64,000 nt of DNA from a bacterium (GTDB taxonomy: Bacteria > UBA8248), in NCBI GenBank assembly GCA_965219955.1, contig OZ244799.1, positions 3,744,001-3,808,000 of the forward strand. Direction: 5' to 3'. Below, piece after piece: positions 44,344-54,353 of this stretch (positions are counted from its first letter, which is position 1; each line of letters begins with the position of its first letter). A model generated the notes under the pieces. It was not told the origin of the DNA. It did no database searches and saw only the letters and a program-made list of their open reading frames with translations. A program made the position numbers and the translations under genes.

Positions 44344-45849
44344 ATGCCGGCGCTGTTGACGATGGAGGGGATATCCAAGGCCTTTCCGGGCGTCCAGGCG
44401 CTCTCGAAGGTCGACTTCGAAGTCATGCCCGGCGAGGCGCACGCCCTGATCGGAGAAAACGGGGCGGGCAAGTCCACGCTCATCAAGATCCTGGCCGGCG
44501 TCCACCGGCGCGATGCGGGAACGATCCGCTTCGAGGGGAGCGACTACCGGGTCGCCAACCCCCACGAAGCGCTGGCGATGGGCGTGGCCGTCATCTACCA
44601 GGAGTTGAACCTCGTCCAGAAGCTCACGGTGGCCCAGAACATTTTCCTGGGCCACGAACCCCTGCGCCGGGCGGGCTTCGTCGCGACCCGCGAGATGAAC
44701 GCGCGCGCCGGGGAAATCCTGAAAGAGCTCGGGATATCCATGGACCCGCGCACCCCGGTCGAAGCGCTCGGCGTCGCACAGAAGCAGATGGTCGAAATCG
44801 CAAAGGCCCTCTCGCGCGCCTCGCGCATCCTGGTGATGGACGAACCCACCGCTCCCCTCACGCAGAGTGAGATCGAGGTGCTCTTCCGCGTAATCGCGGG
44901 TCTGAAGGAGCAGGGGCTGGGGGTCATCTACATATCGCACCGCCTCGACGAGGTCTTCCAGATTGCCGACCGCGTCACCGTGCTGCGCGACGGCGAGCGG
45001 GTGCATTCGAGCGAGGTGTCCGAGACGCAGATCGATCGACTCGTCCTCGCCATGGTGGGCCGCCGCCTCGCCGAGGAAGAGCCTCCGCTCGAGGTTCCTG
45101 AAGATGCGCCCATGGTGCTCGAAGCGGAGAGGTTGGCCGATGGCCGGGTGGTTCGTGATATCTCGTTAGGCGTAAGGGCGGGCGAGGTGGTCGGCCTTGC
45201 GGGTCTCATCGGCTCCGGGCGCAGCGAGTTCGCGCACCTGCTCTTCGGCTCCGAAACGGCGGCGGAAGGCGAGGTGCGCCTCGTGGGCGAGACGCTGAGC
45301 GGAGGCGTTCCGCAGCGGATCGCCGCAGGCCTCGGCATGGTGCCCGAGGACCGCAAACTCCAGGGACTCGTAATGCAATTACTCGTCAAGGAGAACAGCA
45401 CCCTCGCCACGCTCGATAAATACACGAGCGGCGGCTTCATCCGCCGGCCCGCGCATGAGTCCCGCGTGCGGGAGATCATCGCGGAGCTTCGCATCGCGAC
45501 GCGCGGTCCCCGCCAGTCCGTCAAGGCGCTGAGCGGGGGCAACCAGCAAAAAGTCATCCTCTCGCGCTGGATGGACACGGGCGCGCACGCGCTCATCTTC
45601 GACGAACCCACCCGGGGAGTGGACGTCGGCGCAAAGGCGGAGATCTACGCCCTCATCCGGGAGTTGCAAAGGCGCGGCGTCGCCATCTTGATGATCAGCT
45701 CGGACCTGCCCGAGGTGCTTCGCATCAGCAACCGGGTCATCGTCATCAGGAACGGGCGCGTCGCGGGGGAACTCTCCCGCGAGGGAGCCACACAGGAGCA
45801 AGTCTTGCGGCTCATGATGGGAGCCGCCGTATCGGGCAATGGAGCCTAA
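44344..45849 (+). CDS. Sugar ABC ATP-binding protein (RbsA-like, two domains)
   Basis: GENGAGKST, MDEPT, YISHRL, PEDRK, LSGGNQQKV, DEPTRGVDVGAK. Confidence 0.95.
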   Translation: MPALLTMEGISKAFPGVQALSKVDFEVMPGEAHALIGENGAGKSTLIKILAGVHRRDAGTIRFEGSDYRVANPHEALAMGVAVIYQELNLVQKLTVAQNIFLGHEPLRRAGFVATREMNARAGEILKELGISMDPRTPVEALGVAQKQMVEIAKALSRASRILVMDEPTAPLTQSEIEVLFRVIAGLKEQGLGVIYISHRLDEVFQIADRVTVLRDGERVHSSEVSETQIDRLVLAMVGRRLAEEEPPLEVPEDAPMVLEAERLADGRVVRDISLGVRAGEVVGLAGLIGSGRSEFAHLLFGSETAAEGEVRLVGETLSGGVPQRIAAGLGMVPEDRKLQGLVMQLLVKENSTLATLDKYTSGGFIRRPAHESRVREIIAELRIATRGPRQSVKALSGGNQQKVILSRWMDTGAHALIFDEPTRGVDVGAKAEIYALIRELQRRGVAILMISSDLPEVLRISNRVIVIRNGRVAGELSREGATQEQVLRLMMGAAVSGNGA

Positions 45850-45878
45850 GTGAGAATCCCTAACCAAAGGAGAAAGCC

Positions 45879-46784
45879 ATGAAAAGAACCTTAAGCGTTC
45901 TAGCTCTCGCCGTCGCACTGGTTGTCGCGGGGGCGCTGCCGGCCCAGGCGGCGATGAAGAAGCTCCGGTTCGGGGCATCCTTCTCGGGTCTGCATCACCC
46001 CGCCTACGCCACGGTTGCCAAGCACATGCGGATAGAGGCGAAGAAACAAGGCGTCGACATCATCATCACCGACAGCCAGGACAAGCTCGCCAAGCAGATC
46101 AACGATCTCGAAGACATGATCACCAAGGGCGTGGACGTGCTCTTCGTGAACACGGTATCGAAGGGAACCGAGCCCACCCTCAGAAAGGCTGCGGCCAAGG
46201 GCATCAAGGTCGTCGCCGTCCAGCGCTGGAACAGCGACCCCGCCGTGGTGCACTTCGTCGGCACCGACAACAAGGAGATGGGCCGCATCGGCGCCGAGTG
46301 GGTCGTCAAGCGCATGAAGGGCAAGGGCAACCTCGTCGTCATGTCGGGCATCCCCGGCGCCGCCTCCTCGGATGATCGCAAGACGGGTTCGGACGCCGTG
46401 TGGGCGAAGAACAAGGGCATCAAAGTCGTCGCCCACCAGACGGGCATGTACAACCGCGTCAAGGCGCTCGAGGTGATGGAGAACATCCTCCAGAAAAACA
46501 AGAAGATCGACTGGGTGTTCTGCTACAACGACTCGATGGCGATGGGCGTCTTGGGCGCCATCCGCGCCTCGGGCCGCAAGGGCATCAACGTCTTCGGCAT
46601 GGACGCCATCAAGGACGCGGTGCAGGCCATCAAGCGCGGCGAGATGACGGCCACCCTCGCCATTCCTTTCGACGAGGAGGGCCGCGTGTCCGTGCGCAAC
46701 GGCGTCAAGCTGGCAAAAGGCGAGAAGCTGCCCAAGTCCCACGTCATCCAGGCCTTCGTGATGACGAAGAGCAACGCGCCTTAA
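45879..46784 (+). CDS. Sugar ABC substrate-binding protein (RbsB-like)
   Basis: Signal peptide ending AQA, VGTDN, NDSMAMG, FGMD. Confidence 0.9.
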   Translation: MKRTLSVLALAVALVVAGALPAQAAMKKLRFGASFSGLHHPAYATVAKHMRIEAKKQGVDIIITDSQDKLAKQINDLEDMITKGVDVLFVNTVSKGTEPTLRKAAAKGIKVVAVQRWNSDPAVVHFVGTDNKEMGRIGAEWVVKRMKGKGNLVVMSGIPGAASSDDRKTGSDAVWAKNKGIKVVAHQTGMYNRVKALEVMENILQKNKKIDWVFCYNDSMAMGVLGAIRASGRKGINVFGMDAIKDAVQAIKRGEMTATLAIPFDEEGRVSVRNGVKLAKGEKLPKSHVIQAFVMTKSNAP

Positions 46785-46811
46785 GCGAGCGTTTCGTAGA
46801 GGCAGGGTTTG

Positions 46812-46852
46812 AAAAAAACCGGCGGCCGGCAAGGAACTGGCCGCCGGTTTTT
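46812..46852. terminator. Intrinsic terminator (potentially bidirectional)
   Basis: AAAAAAACCGGCGGCC...GGCCGCCGGTTTTTT. Confidence 0.85.
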
Positions 46853-46941
46853 TCGGGCCGATGAAAGGAATGTGAGCGTCGATCCTTGCGAATGCGAGAA
46901 GAACAGCCCAAGACGCAGCTTCGAAAACCGCTCTCCCTTGA

Positions 46942-47482
46942 GGAGGTTGTTGAAAAAGCCCTCGTCGGGGGACATTGCCTTTGGAGGAAGGGCCGCTTTC
47001 GCGCAAACCCCCGACCTCCCCCCATAAAAGCAACCCCCCCTACCCCCCCTTGTCAGGGGGGCAAGAAAAAGCAAAGCCCCCTCAACCCGGCGGGGGCGCA
47101 TTGCCTTTTTATACCCCCCTGACAAGGGGGGGTAGGGGGGGTTGCTTTTTCAGTCGAGAGGAATGTCCCCTCTATCCCCTGAAAAAGCCCGCGTCTCACG
47201 GAATAGATCAACGCCGTCATTCCGGCGGAAGCCGGAATCCATTTTCAAGCGGAATGGCAATACGCCAGCATTTCATCTCCTCGTCATTAGCGGGAATCAA
47301 TCTGAAAATAAAAGCAAAGACAAAACAAATGGATTCCGTCGAATCCTCCCGCATTGGTCGGCTCCGACACCGGAATGACGAACAAAACCGAACTACCTCT
47401 TTGGGCCAGCTCGCGACCTGGCCCTGCGGTAAACAACTCGATGATCGGGATTCCCGCCCCCTGGAGACCTTTTCAACATCCC
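46942..47482. mobile_element. MITE-like element with several REP modules
   Basis: GGAGGTTGTTGAAAAAGCC...GACCTTTTCAACATCCC. It contains a CCCCCTTGTCAGGGGG/CCCCCTGACAAGGGGG doublet (shared inverted with 48795-48905), a roughly 180-bp CGTC REPIN (shared with 31712-31890) and an inverted piece of the 27900/31510 module. Confidence 0.7.
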
Positions 47483-47704
47483 TTCCTCGGTCGCGTTTGA
47501 CCCTCGAGGGGGAGTGGTTTTCGGGTATTTCCTCAACAGGGGCATTCCGCAACCCGCGAGTGATTTTTGGTGGCGTCTTGATGCAAAGAGGTTTATCTTA
47601 TAGAGGAGGTGCGCGTCCCGCGCCATGGGGTATCCTGGTCCCCGGCTGGGCGCGAGAGATCGAGCGAGACGGCAGGAGCCCCCTTTTCTCGGAGGATAGA
47701 GAGA

Positions 47705-48139
47705 TTGTTCCCCATCCCATGGGAGGCGCGCAGCGACGCGGGCGTTTTCCTGTTCAACCAGGGGGAGTACTGGTGCGCGCACGAGGCGTGGGAGGGCATC
47801 TGGATGCACGCCGAGCCCGTCCCCAAGAAGTTCTACCAGGGTCTCATCCAGATTGCCGCGGGTTACGTGAAGCTCCAGCAGCGCCACCACAAGGGCGCGC
47901 TCGCCAATCTGAAAAAAGGCCTCGAGCGCTTCCGCGAAGTGGATGAGGCCGTGGGCGATCTCGACGTGCCGATTCTCTACAAGAAACTCGTGAACCAGTC
48001 GCGCGGTGTGCGCGTGAGCCTGCTCGATCAGGGCGAGGCCCGCGTGCTCGAGCGCGCGTGGGATTTATGGCCGAAGATCGAATACGCCGCCGACTCGAAG
48101 CAGGAAAAAGTTTCACACTCGCCGCCGGCGAAAGGATAA
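47705..48139 (+). CDS. DUF309 family protein
   Basis: LFNQGEYWCAHEAWEGIW, YQGLIQIAAG; TTG start after GGAGGA proposed. Confidence 0.82.
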   Translation: MFPIPWEARSDAGVFLFNQGEYWCAHEAWEGIWMHAEPVPKKFYQGLIQIAAGYVKLQQRHHKGALANLKKGLERFREVDEAVGDLDVPILYKKLVNQSRGVRVSLLDQGEARVLERAWDLWPKIEYAADSKQEKVSHSPPAKG

Positions 48140-48144
48140 AAGAG

Positions 48145-48696
48145 ATGAAACGCCTTGCCGTTAGCCTCATGGTTCTGGTCTTCCTGAGCGGGTGCGCGGG
48201 GGTTCCGCTCAGCGATTCCCCGTTCCAGAGGATCACCCGCGCCCAGCCGAAGGATGTTTATCTGGTGTCCGTCAAGGCCGGACTTGTTCCCACGGATTTG
48301 CACGTGCCCTCTTCCATCGCCCCCGAAGCGTCCGAGGTGCGCGAAGCCGCCTGCAGGGGTTTGTCGTTTGCCCCCCGGTTTCGCTGCGTTCGGATGAACG
48401 ATGCCGGCAAGCCCCTGGAGAAGCCTGACTACATCGTTCAGATAGAATACGACTTGATCGATGAACGTTCTTTTCTCTCGCGCCGGTTCATCAGGTTCGT
48501 GCTCGTGAGCGGCGGCGACAGGGAACCGGACGAGGGAGACGACGTGGGCGATGCGGATTACGTCGTACAATGGAGTTTCCGGGTGCTCAAGTCCGGAGAG
48601 GCGAAGCCGGTGTTCCAGAGCGTATCCCGCGAAGAGGGTGTCGATACCTGGAGCTTCGACGTCGAGCAGTGGATGGAGCGCTATTTTTCGGAGTGA
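48145..48696 (+). CDS. Hypothetical lipoprotein
   Basis: MKRLAVSLMVLVFLSGC lipobox; directly follows the DUF309 gene. Confidence 0.75.
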   Translation: MKRLAVSLMVLVFLSGCAGVPLSDSPFQRITRAQPKDVYLVSVKAGLVPTDLHVPSSIAPEASEVREAACRGLSFAPRFRCVRMNDAGKPLEKPDYIVQIEYDLIDERSFLSRRFIRFVLVSGGDREPDEGDDVGDADYVVQWSFRVLKSGEAKPVFQSVSREEGVDTWSFDVEQWMERYFSE

Positions 48697-48752
48697 ATTC
48701 GCGTCATTCGGCTTGCCGCATGAATATCCGCAGGGGCTGGTCTTCTCCTGAC

Positions 48753-48934
48753 AGCAGGGGCGGTTCGCGAACCGCCCACCTCCCTCTAAAACCACCCCCC
48801 CTACCCCCCCTTGTCAGGGGGGCATAAAAAGGCGATACGTCCCCGCCGGGCTGAGGGACTTTGCTTTTTCTTGCCCCCCTGACAAGGGGGGTAGGGGGGG
48901 TTGCTCCTTTGGCAAAGGCTTTTTCAACAGCCTC
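48753..48934. repeat. REP island ending in a MITE-type right end
   Basis: GCAGGGGCGGTTCGCGAACCGCCC, CCCCCTTGTCAGGGGG...CCCCCTGACAAGGGGG doublet, GGCTTTTTCAACAGCCTC. Confidence 0.75.
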
Positions 48935-49099
48935 CTACGGCTCCCTCTCTCGTAGATCGATATCGGATCCACGTCTTTGCCCCTTCGGGGTATGCGGTCC
49001 TTTTTATTCGCCCGAAAAAAACTTGACAATCCTGCTCCTCACTTTTACGACTGATCCATGACCCGGTGGCCCGGTATATCCACGAGGAGGTTCTTCTTC

Positions 49100-51625
49100 A
49101 TGCGCACGGTTCGAAAACATGTCGTTCATCTGATCTTGCTGATGCTCTTTCCGGCGATTTTCCTTGGAGGAGCGACAGACGCCGCGTCTGAGGAGAAGGG
49201 CGCAGGAGCGTCTGCGGCCGGCCATATTTCCCGTCCTGCGTCCGAGACCCCGCGCCCCGTCTCGGTGATCACGCGGCGCGACATCGAACTTTCGGGAGCC
49301 CGGAACGTGCGCGAACTGCTGCAGAGCCGACTGGCGTTCAACAGCTTTGGTCTCTACCGGCCATCCGTTGCGGGGAGCGGCCGACGCGTGGTTCTCGTCA
49401 ACGGCCGCCGTTCGTCCTATTCGGGTTTTGACGCCGAAGCGTTTCCCCTCTCGGCGATTGAGCGGATCGAGATACTGGGCGACAGCGCCGCCGCCCTGCA
49501 CGGCGGACACGCCATCGGCGGAGCGATCAACATCGTGCTCAGGCGGGATTTCAAGGGTTTCGAGGTCCAGGCCGGTACGGCGCGGCCGGGGCAGGCGGCC
49601 GCCGATTCCGAACATGGCAGCTTCGCGTGGGGAGGCGCGCTCGGGCGCGGACGCGCGGTGGTCGGCGTCGATGTCGTCCGGCGGGAAGAGATTCGCGACG
49701 CCGACAGGGATTACTCCCGCGGCACGTGGACGCCGGGCGGCTCGTTCGCCGATGCGCGGGATATATCGGTGGGCGGCAACACCGCCTTCATCACTCCGCC
49801 GGGTGGAAGCACGATTGCGAGGCCTCTCGGCGACTGCGAAGGGAGCGGCTACGTGGCCGGTCTCACCAATCCCATAGGCCATCCGGGCGTGGGCTGCGGC
49901 TTCGATTTCACCGCCCTCAAATGGCATATCGACTGGGAGCGTCTCGCGCGCGAGAGTCTGTTCCTGAGCGCCGGGCACCCGCTCGGCGAGAGCGCCGATA
50001 TCTATCTCGACGCGCGGTTCGCGCAAAGCGAAAGCACGCTCCTGTACGCTCCTTCGGTCGGCAGTTTCTCTTTCTCCCCTCCGCAATCACTCAGGGATAA
50101 ACTGCTTGGAGACCCCGGGATAGACGCGCTTCCTGAGGAGATCACCGTTGCCCATCGCTTCATCGGCCACGGCAACCGCGAATGGGTGACGGAGGTCGAA
50201 GGTCGGGACCTCACGCTCGGCGTTCGGGGCGAGTTGGGAGAGATCGGCTACGATGCGCACGTCCGCTACTACCTGCGCGATCTGAACGTGGACGGCAACA
50301 CCTTCGTGAGCGAGAGTGCTATTTCAAGAGTGATTGGCGACGGGCGGTACGACGTCGAAAACCCGTTTTCGACCGACCCGGCCCATCTGGCGGCGGTCCG
50401 GGAAACCAGCCTCACCCTCAAGCGGGAACAGACGGCCGAGTATACGGCAGCGCGGGCTTCGCTGAGCGGCAAGGCGTTCGCGCTCCCTGCGGGAAGCGTT
50501 CTTTGGGCGGCGGGTGCGGAAATCGCGTCCCAGGACTGGAAGAACATCCACGACTATCGGGACAGGAACGGGCGCTCCTACCCGGCGACCGACGTGCTCG
50601 GCTCCGGCGGAAGTTCGTCGGCCGGTGAGCGGCGGACCGTCTCGGCGTTTGGGGAAGTCTCGCTGCCGCTGGTCGAGGATTGGGACGTCACACTCGCCGG
50701 GCGGCATGACGATCACGACGACGTCGGCTCGACGTTCTCCGGCCAGGTCGCGAGCCGCTACCGGTTGAACAAGAATCTCGCGCTTCGCGCGTCCTGGGGG
50801 ACGGGCGGCGCGCCGCCGGCCCTGAGTGTTCTCCATTTGCGCGGCGAATCGGTCAGCTACCCGTACGTGTGCGACGTGAGTACGCACACCGGCGACCGCG
50901 CCGATTGCGACACGACACAAGTGGAGCACCGCTCGAGCGGCAATCCCGACCTCGATCCGGACGAAGCGGACAGCCTGAGCATCGGCGCCGCGGCGAGCGC
51001 GGGGCCTTTTTCATTGGGTATGGACTGGTTCCGGATCAACATCACCAACCAGCCGGCGGAACTCGCGGGACAGACCATCCTGGATCTCGAGGCGAAAGGG
51101 CAGTTGCCCTCCGGCGTGCGAGTCGTCCGCACCGGAGATCTCATCCGGCGGATCGAGGGTTCATGGTCCAATAGCGGAGAACGCGACATCGAGGGCATCA
51201 ACCTTCGCGCGCACGTCGACTGGAAGACCGATGCGCTGGATATGGACTTCGACCTGTGGTGGTCGCGCGTGACCGGGGATGAAATCCGGGTGGCCGGCGA
51301 GAAATCCCCCTACACCTTTCCGCGCGACCGTTTTCACGGGTCGTTCCGCCTGAGCCGGGGCCGCGTGACGGCCAACTGGAGCCTTTACGGGGTTTCGGAG
51401 TATTGGAATACGGACAGAACCGACCGCTACGGAGAGTGGGTGGGCCACGACATCACGCTGGGCTGGCGCAAGGCGTTCGGCATGCGGGGGCTGGAGCTCA
51501 TCGGCGGGGTCCTGAATGTCGCCGACCGCGGGCCGTCCATCGCCGATGAAGTCCCGGCTCTGACTTTCGCCTCCGCCCGGGGCCGCACGCTGTTCGTAAA
51601 CGCCAGGTACACCTTCGGGCATTGA
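49100..51625 (+). CDS. TonB-dependent receptor family outer-membrane protein
   Basis: PVSVITRRDIE, VLVNGRR, FPLSAIERIEIL.D.AAALHG..AIGGAINI plug; GNPDLDPDEA; C-terminal GRTLFVNARYTF. Start 49058 or 49100. Confidence 0.9.
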   Translation: MRTVRKHVVHLILLMLFPAIFLGGATDAASEEKGAGASAAGHISRPASETPRPVSVITRRDIELSGARNVRELLQSRLAFNSFGLYRPSVAGSGRRVVLVNGRRSSYSGFDAEAFPLSAIERIEILGDSAAALHGGHAIGGAINIVLRRDFKGFEVQAGTARPGQAAADSEHGSFAWGGALGRGRAVVGVDVVRREEIRDADRDYSRGTWTPGGSFADARDISVGGNTAFITPPGGSTIARPLGDCEGSGYVAGLTNPIGHPGVGCGFDFTALKWHIDWERLARESLFLSAGHPLGESADIYLDARFAQSESTLLYAPSVGSFSFSPPQSLRDKLLGDPGIDALPEEITVAHRFIGHGNREWVTEVEGRDLTLGVRGELGEIGYDAHVRYYLRDLNVDGNTFVSESAISRVIGDGRYDVENPFSTDPAHLAAVRETSLTLKREQTAEYTAARASLSGKAFALPAGSVLWAAGAEIASQDWKNIHDYRDRNGRSYPATDVLGSGGSSSAGERRTVSAFGEVSLPLVEDWDVTLAGRHDDHDDVGSTFSGQVASRYRLNKNLALRASWGTGGAPPALSVLHLRGESVSYPYVCDVSTHTGDRADCDTTQVEHRSSGNPDLDPDEADSLSIGAAASAGPFSLGMDWFRINITNQPAELAGQTILDLEAKGQLPSGVRVVRTGDLIRRIEGSWSNSGERDIEGINLRAHVDWKTDALDMDFDLWWSRVTGDEIRVAGEKSPYTFPRDRFHGSFRLSRGRVTANWSLYGVSEYWNTDRTDRYGEWVGHDITLGWRKAFGMRGLELIGGVLNVADRGPSIADEVPALTFASARGRTLFVNARYTFGH

Positions 51626-51665
51626 GGGGAACCCTGCCAAAGCGCGGTGATACGGCGCGAGTTGC

Positions 51666-52670
51666 TCAGACGGTTTTCCCGGGCTTGTTCACCGGGTACC
51701 TGGGCTTCCTGCCGCTCATGACGCGGGCGATGTCCTCGCCGGCCCATGAGGCGATGGCTTCGAGGCACTCGTGCGTGGAACCCGCCATGTGCGGCGTGAG
51801 AATGAGGTTGGGCGCATCGAAGATGGCGCTTTTCGGATCCGGCGGTTCGCCTTCCAATACGTCGAGGGCCGCCCCGCCGATGTGGCCGCCTTTGAGTGCG
51901 CGGGCGAGCGCCGCCTCATCCACCAGCGGACCTCTCGCGGCGTTTATGACAAACACGCCTTTTTTCATTTTCGAGATCGCTCGCGCATCTATCAGATGAT
52001 GGGTATTCGGCGTGAGCGGCGCGTGGAGGGAGATGAAGTCGGCCCGGGCGAGCAAGGTATCGAATCGCGCCGGTCTCGCCCCGCGCGCCTTGATCTCTTC
52101 GCTCTCGAGGCCGGGGTCGTGGGCGAGAATCCTCATGCCCATAGCGAGCGCCATCTCCGTGAGCCGGCTCCCCACCTGCCCGATGCCGATGAGGCCCAGC
52201 GTCTTGCCCCTGAGTTCGGTTCCCGTGTGGCGCGCCTCGCCCCATATCCGCTCCGCCCCCACGCGGGAGGCTGCCTGGGGAATGCGCCTGGCTGCTGAGA
52301 GCATCAACCCCAGCGTCAGTTCGGCCACGGCGTTCGCGTTGGCCCCCGGCGCGTTGGTGACGAGTACGCCGCGTTCCGTGCAGGCCGCCACGTCGACCTG
52401 ATCGACACCCGCGCCGTGCACGGCCACGACCCGCAGATCCGGCAGCAGCGCGAGCAGAGAGGCGGTAATATAGCCCGGGCGCAGCAGGATTCCTTCCGCG
52501 CCTTTCAGTTTCCCGGCGAAGGCGGCCTCTTCTTCTTCGTTCAGGGGCCTGAAGGGCAGCGCCACGGCGCGAACCGGCGCGACGCCGGCCATCGCCTTTT
52601 TCACGGGCGCCATGGCGACTGGAAGATCGGGTGTGGAGGTGACGGCGGCCCAGCGTTTTTTCGAGGGCAT
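51666..52670 (-). CDS. D-isomer-specific 2-hydroxyacid dehydrogenase (SerA-like)
   Basis: GAGVDQVD, NAPGANANAVAE, GLIGIGQVG, INAARG, LDVLEGEP, TPHMAG; the real start is ATG 52670. Confidence 0.92.
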   Translation of the reverse strand: MPSKKRWAAVTSTPDLPVAMAPVKKAMAGVAPVRAVALPFRPLNEEEEAAFAGKLKGAEGILLRPGYITASLLALLPDLRVVAVHGAGVDQVDVAACTERGVLVTNAPGANANAVAELTLGLMLSAARRIPQAASRVGAERIWGEARHTGTELRGKTLGLIGIGQVGSRLTEMALAMGMRILAHDPGLESEEIKARGARPARFDTLLARADFISLHAPLTPNTHHLIDARAISKMKKGVFVINAARGPLVDEAALARALKGGHIGGAALDVLEGEPPDPKSAIFDAPNLILTPHMAGSTHECLEAIASWAGEDIARVMSGRKPRYPVNKPGKTV

Positions 52671-52678
52671 CGGACAGG

Positions 52679-54340
52679 CTACATGTCGACGGCGGTAAAC
52701 TCGCCGTCGTAGTTGTATTCGGCTCTGGCTTTTTGAACGGAAAGCAGCCCCTCTTGCAGGTCGTGCTCGATGGCGTAGAAGGATCGGTCCTTCGGGTCGC
52801 CGTATCCGCCTCCGCTCGGCACTTCCAGCACGAGCCTGTCGCTCTGGTTCATGACCCATTGGCGCTTGGGGTTGATGGGGCGTCCGTTCAGGGTCACCTT
52901 GCCGACGCGCCCGTTTTTCCCGCCGAACAAACCATAGGCGGGGTGCCGGGTTCGCTCGCTCATGAACGTGAGGAGAATCGGTCCGTCGGAGAGCGATTTC
53001 ACGATGACCTGCTGGCCGTTGCCGCCCGCGTATTTCCCCGATCCGCCGCTGTCTCTGATGGAGGCTTTCCTCTCCACCAGCAACGGCACGAGATGCTCGA
53101 GGATTTCGATGGGCGTGTTCGACGTGTTCGAGGGGAAATCGAGACATACGCGTCCATCGTGCCTGTCCGTCGCGCCTTGCCCTCCGTGCAGGAAGAAGTT
53201 GCCGGCGAAGCGCTTGTTCTCCTTCGTGATGCCCGCCGCGTTGATGGCCCATGTGGGGCTGCCGCTGGCCGCCTGCACGAGATTGGGAACCGCTTTGCAC
53301 AACGCGCCGAAAATGGACGAAGGAATGAAATGCCCCACCATGGAGCGGCCGTTCACGGGGGCCGGATAACGCGGATTCAGTATGCTGCCCTCGGGGGCCG
53401 ATACCGTCACGGGCCGGAAGTTGCCCTCGTTGTTGGGAATCTGCGGACAGAACAGGCATTTGAGCGAATAGGCGGAATAGGAATAGACGTAGCTCAAAAC
53501 GGCGTTCAGGCCGCGGTCGACCTGTGGGGACGAGCCCGTGTAATCCACCAGAATGCTGCTGCCGCGAACCTTGACCTCCACGCGGATAACAAGCGGCTCG
53601 TCATACCCGTCCGTGGATACCTGAAAGCGGTATTCCCCGTCTTCCACTTTCTTGATCGCCTCGCGCATCGCGTTTTCGGAGCGCTGGAAGATGGTGGTGG
53701 CGGGCGCTTCGAGGTCGGCGAGTTTGTATTCTTCGAGCATCTCGCCGATGCGCTGGGCGGCGAGCCTCCCGGCGGACATATGGGAGATCAGATCTCCTTC
53801 CACCTGGTTCGGCACGCGCACGTTTTTCCTGATGATGCGCAGAATATCCTCGTTGATCTGGCCCGCCGACATGTATTTGCAGGGCGGGAGCTGGAGGCCT
53901 TCCTCGTAAATCTCGCGCACCTCGGGGGATCTGAGTTTCCCGCCCATGTCCGTTACCTGGGTGGTGATGCCGATGAGGGAGACCAGCTTCGATTTGTAGA
54001 ACACCGGCGTGAGGGAAGTGATATCCTGCAGGTGGCCGGTTCCCATCCAGGGGTCGTTCGTGAGAATGAGATCATCCGGCTTGAGCGTTTCCTGCGGGAA
54101 AATCTGCAGAAGTTTCTTGGCCGTGATCGGCAACGCGCCCACGAAGCTGGGCATGGTGGACCGGGCTTGCGCGATGGACTGTCCGGCCGGATTCAATATG
54201 ATGACGGCGAAGTTTCTCGATTCGCGTATGGTCGTGGAAAAGGCGGTGCGGACGATCTCGGTGGCCGCTTCTTCGGCGATGGCGATGAATCGGTTCCAGA
54301 GGACTTCCAAGGTAATTGAATCGATACCCTTGCGGGCCAT
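52679..54340 (-). CDS. Hydantoinase B / oxoprolinase family protein (second copy)
   Basis: IDSITLEVLW, RTAFSTTIRE, NDPWMGTGHLQD, YEEGL, NTPIEILE, SGGGYGDP. Confidence 0.92.
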   Translation of the reverse strand: MARKGIDSITLEVLWNRFIAIAEEAATEIVRTAFSTTIRESRNFAVIILNPAGQSIAQARSTMPSFVGALPITAKKLLQIFPQETLKPDDLILTNDPWMGTGHLQDITSLTPVFYKSKLVSLIGITTQVTDMGGKLRSPEVREIYEEGLQLPPCKYMSAGQINEDILRIIRKNVRVPNQVEGDLISHMSAGRLAAQRIGEMLEEYKLADLEAPATTIFQRSENAMREAIKKVEDGEYRFQVSTDGYDEPLVIRVEVKVRGSSILVDYTGSSPQVDRGLNAVLSYVYSYSAYSLKCLFCPQIPNNEGNFRPVTVSAPEGSILNPRYPAPVNGRSMVGHFIPSSIFGALCKAVPNLVQAASGSPTWAINAAGITKENKRFAGNFFLHGGQGATDRHDGRVCLDFPSNTSNTPIEILEHLVPLLVERKASIRDSGGSGKYAGGNGQQVIVKSLSDGPILLTFMSERTRHPAYGLFGGKNGRVGKVTLNGRPINPKRQWVMNQSDRLVLEVPSGGGYGDPKDRSFYAIEHDLQEGLLSVQKARAEYNYDGEFTAVDM

Positions 54341-54353
54341 GTTTGAATCTCTC

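Noticed and set aside
46744-47600. ORFs in REP/MITE islands (for example 46975-47946, 1247-2251, and the 31875 N-terminal extension)
   Set aside because: Their translations come from repeat DNA that recurs at other loci; no protein motifs or SD.
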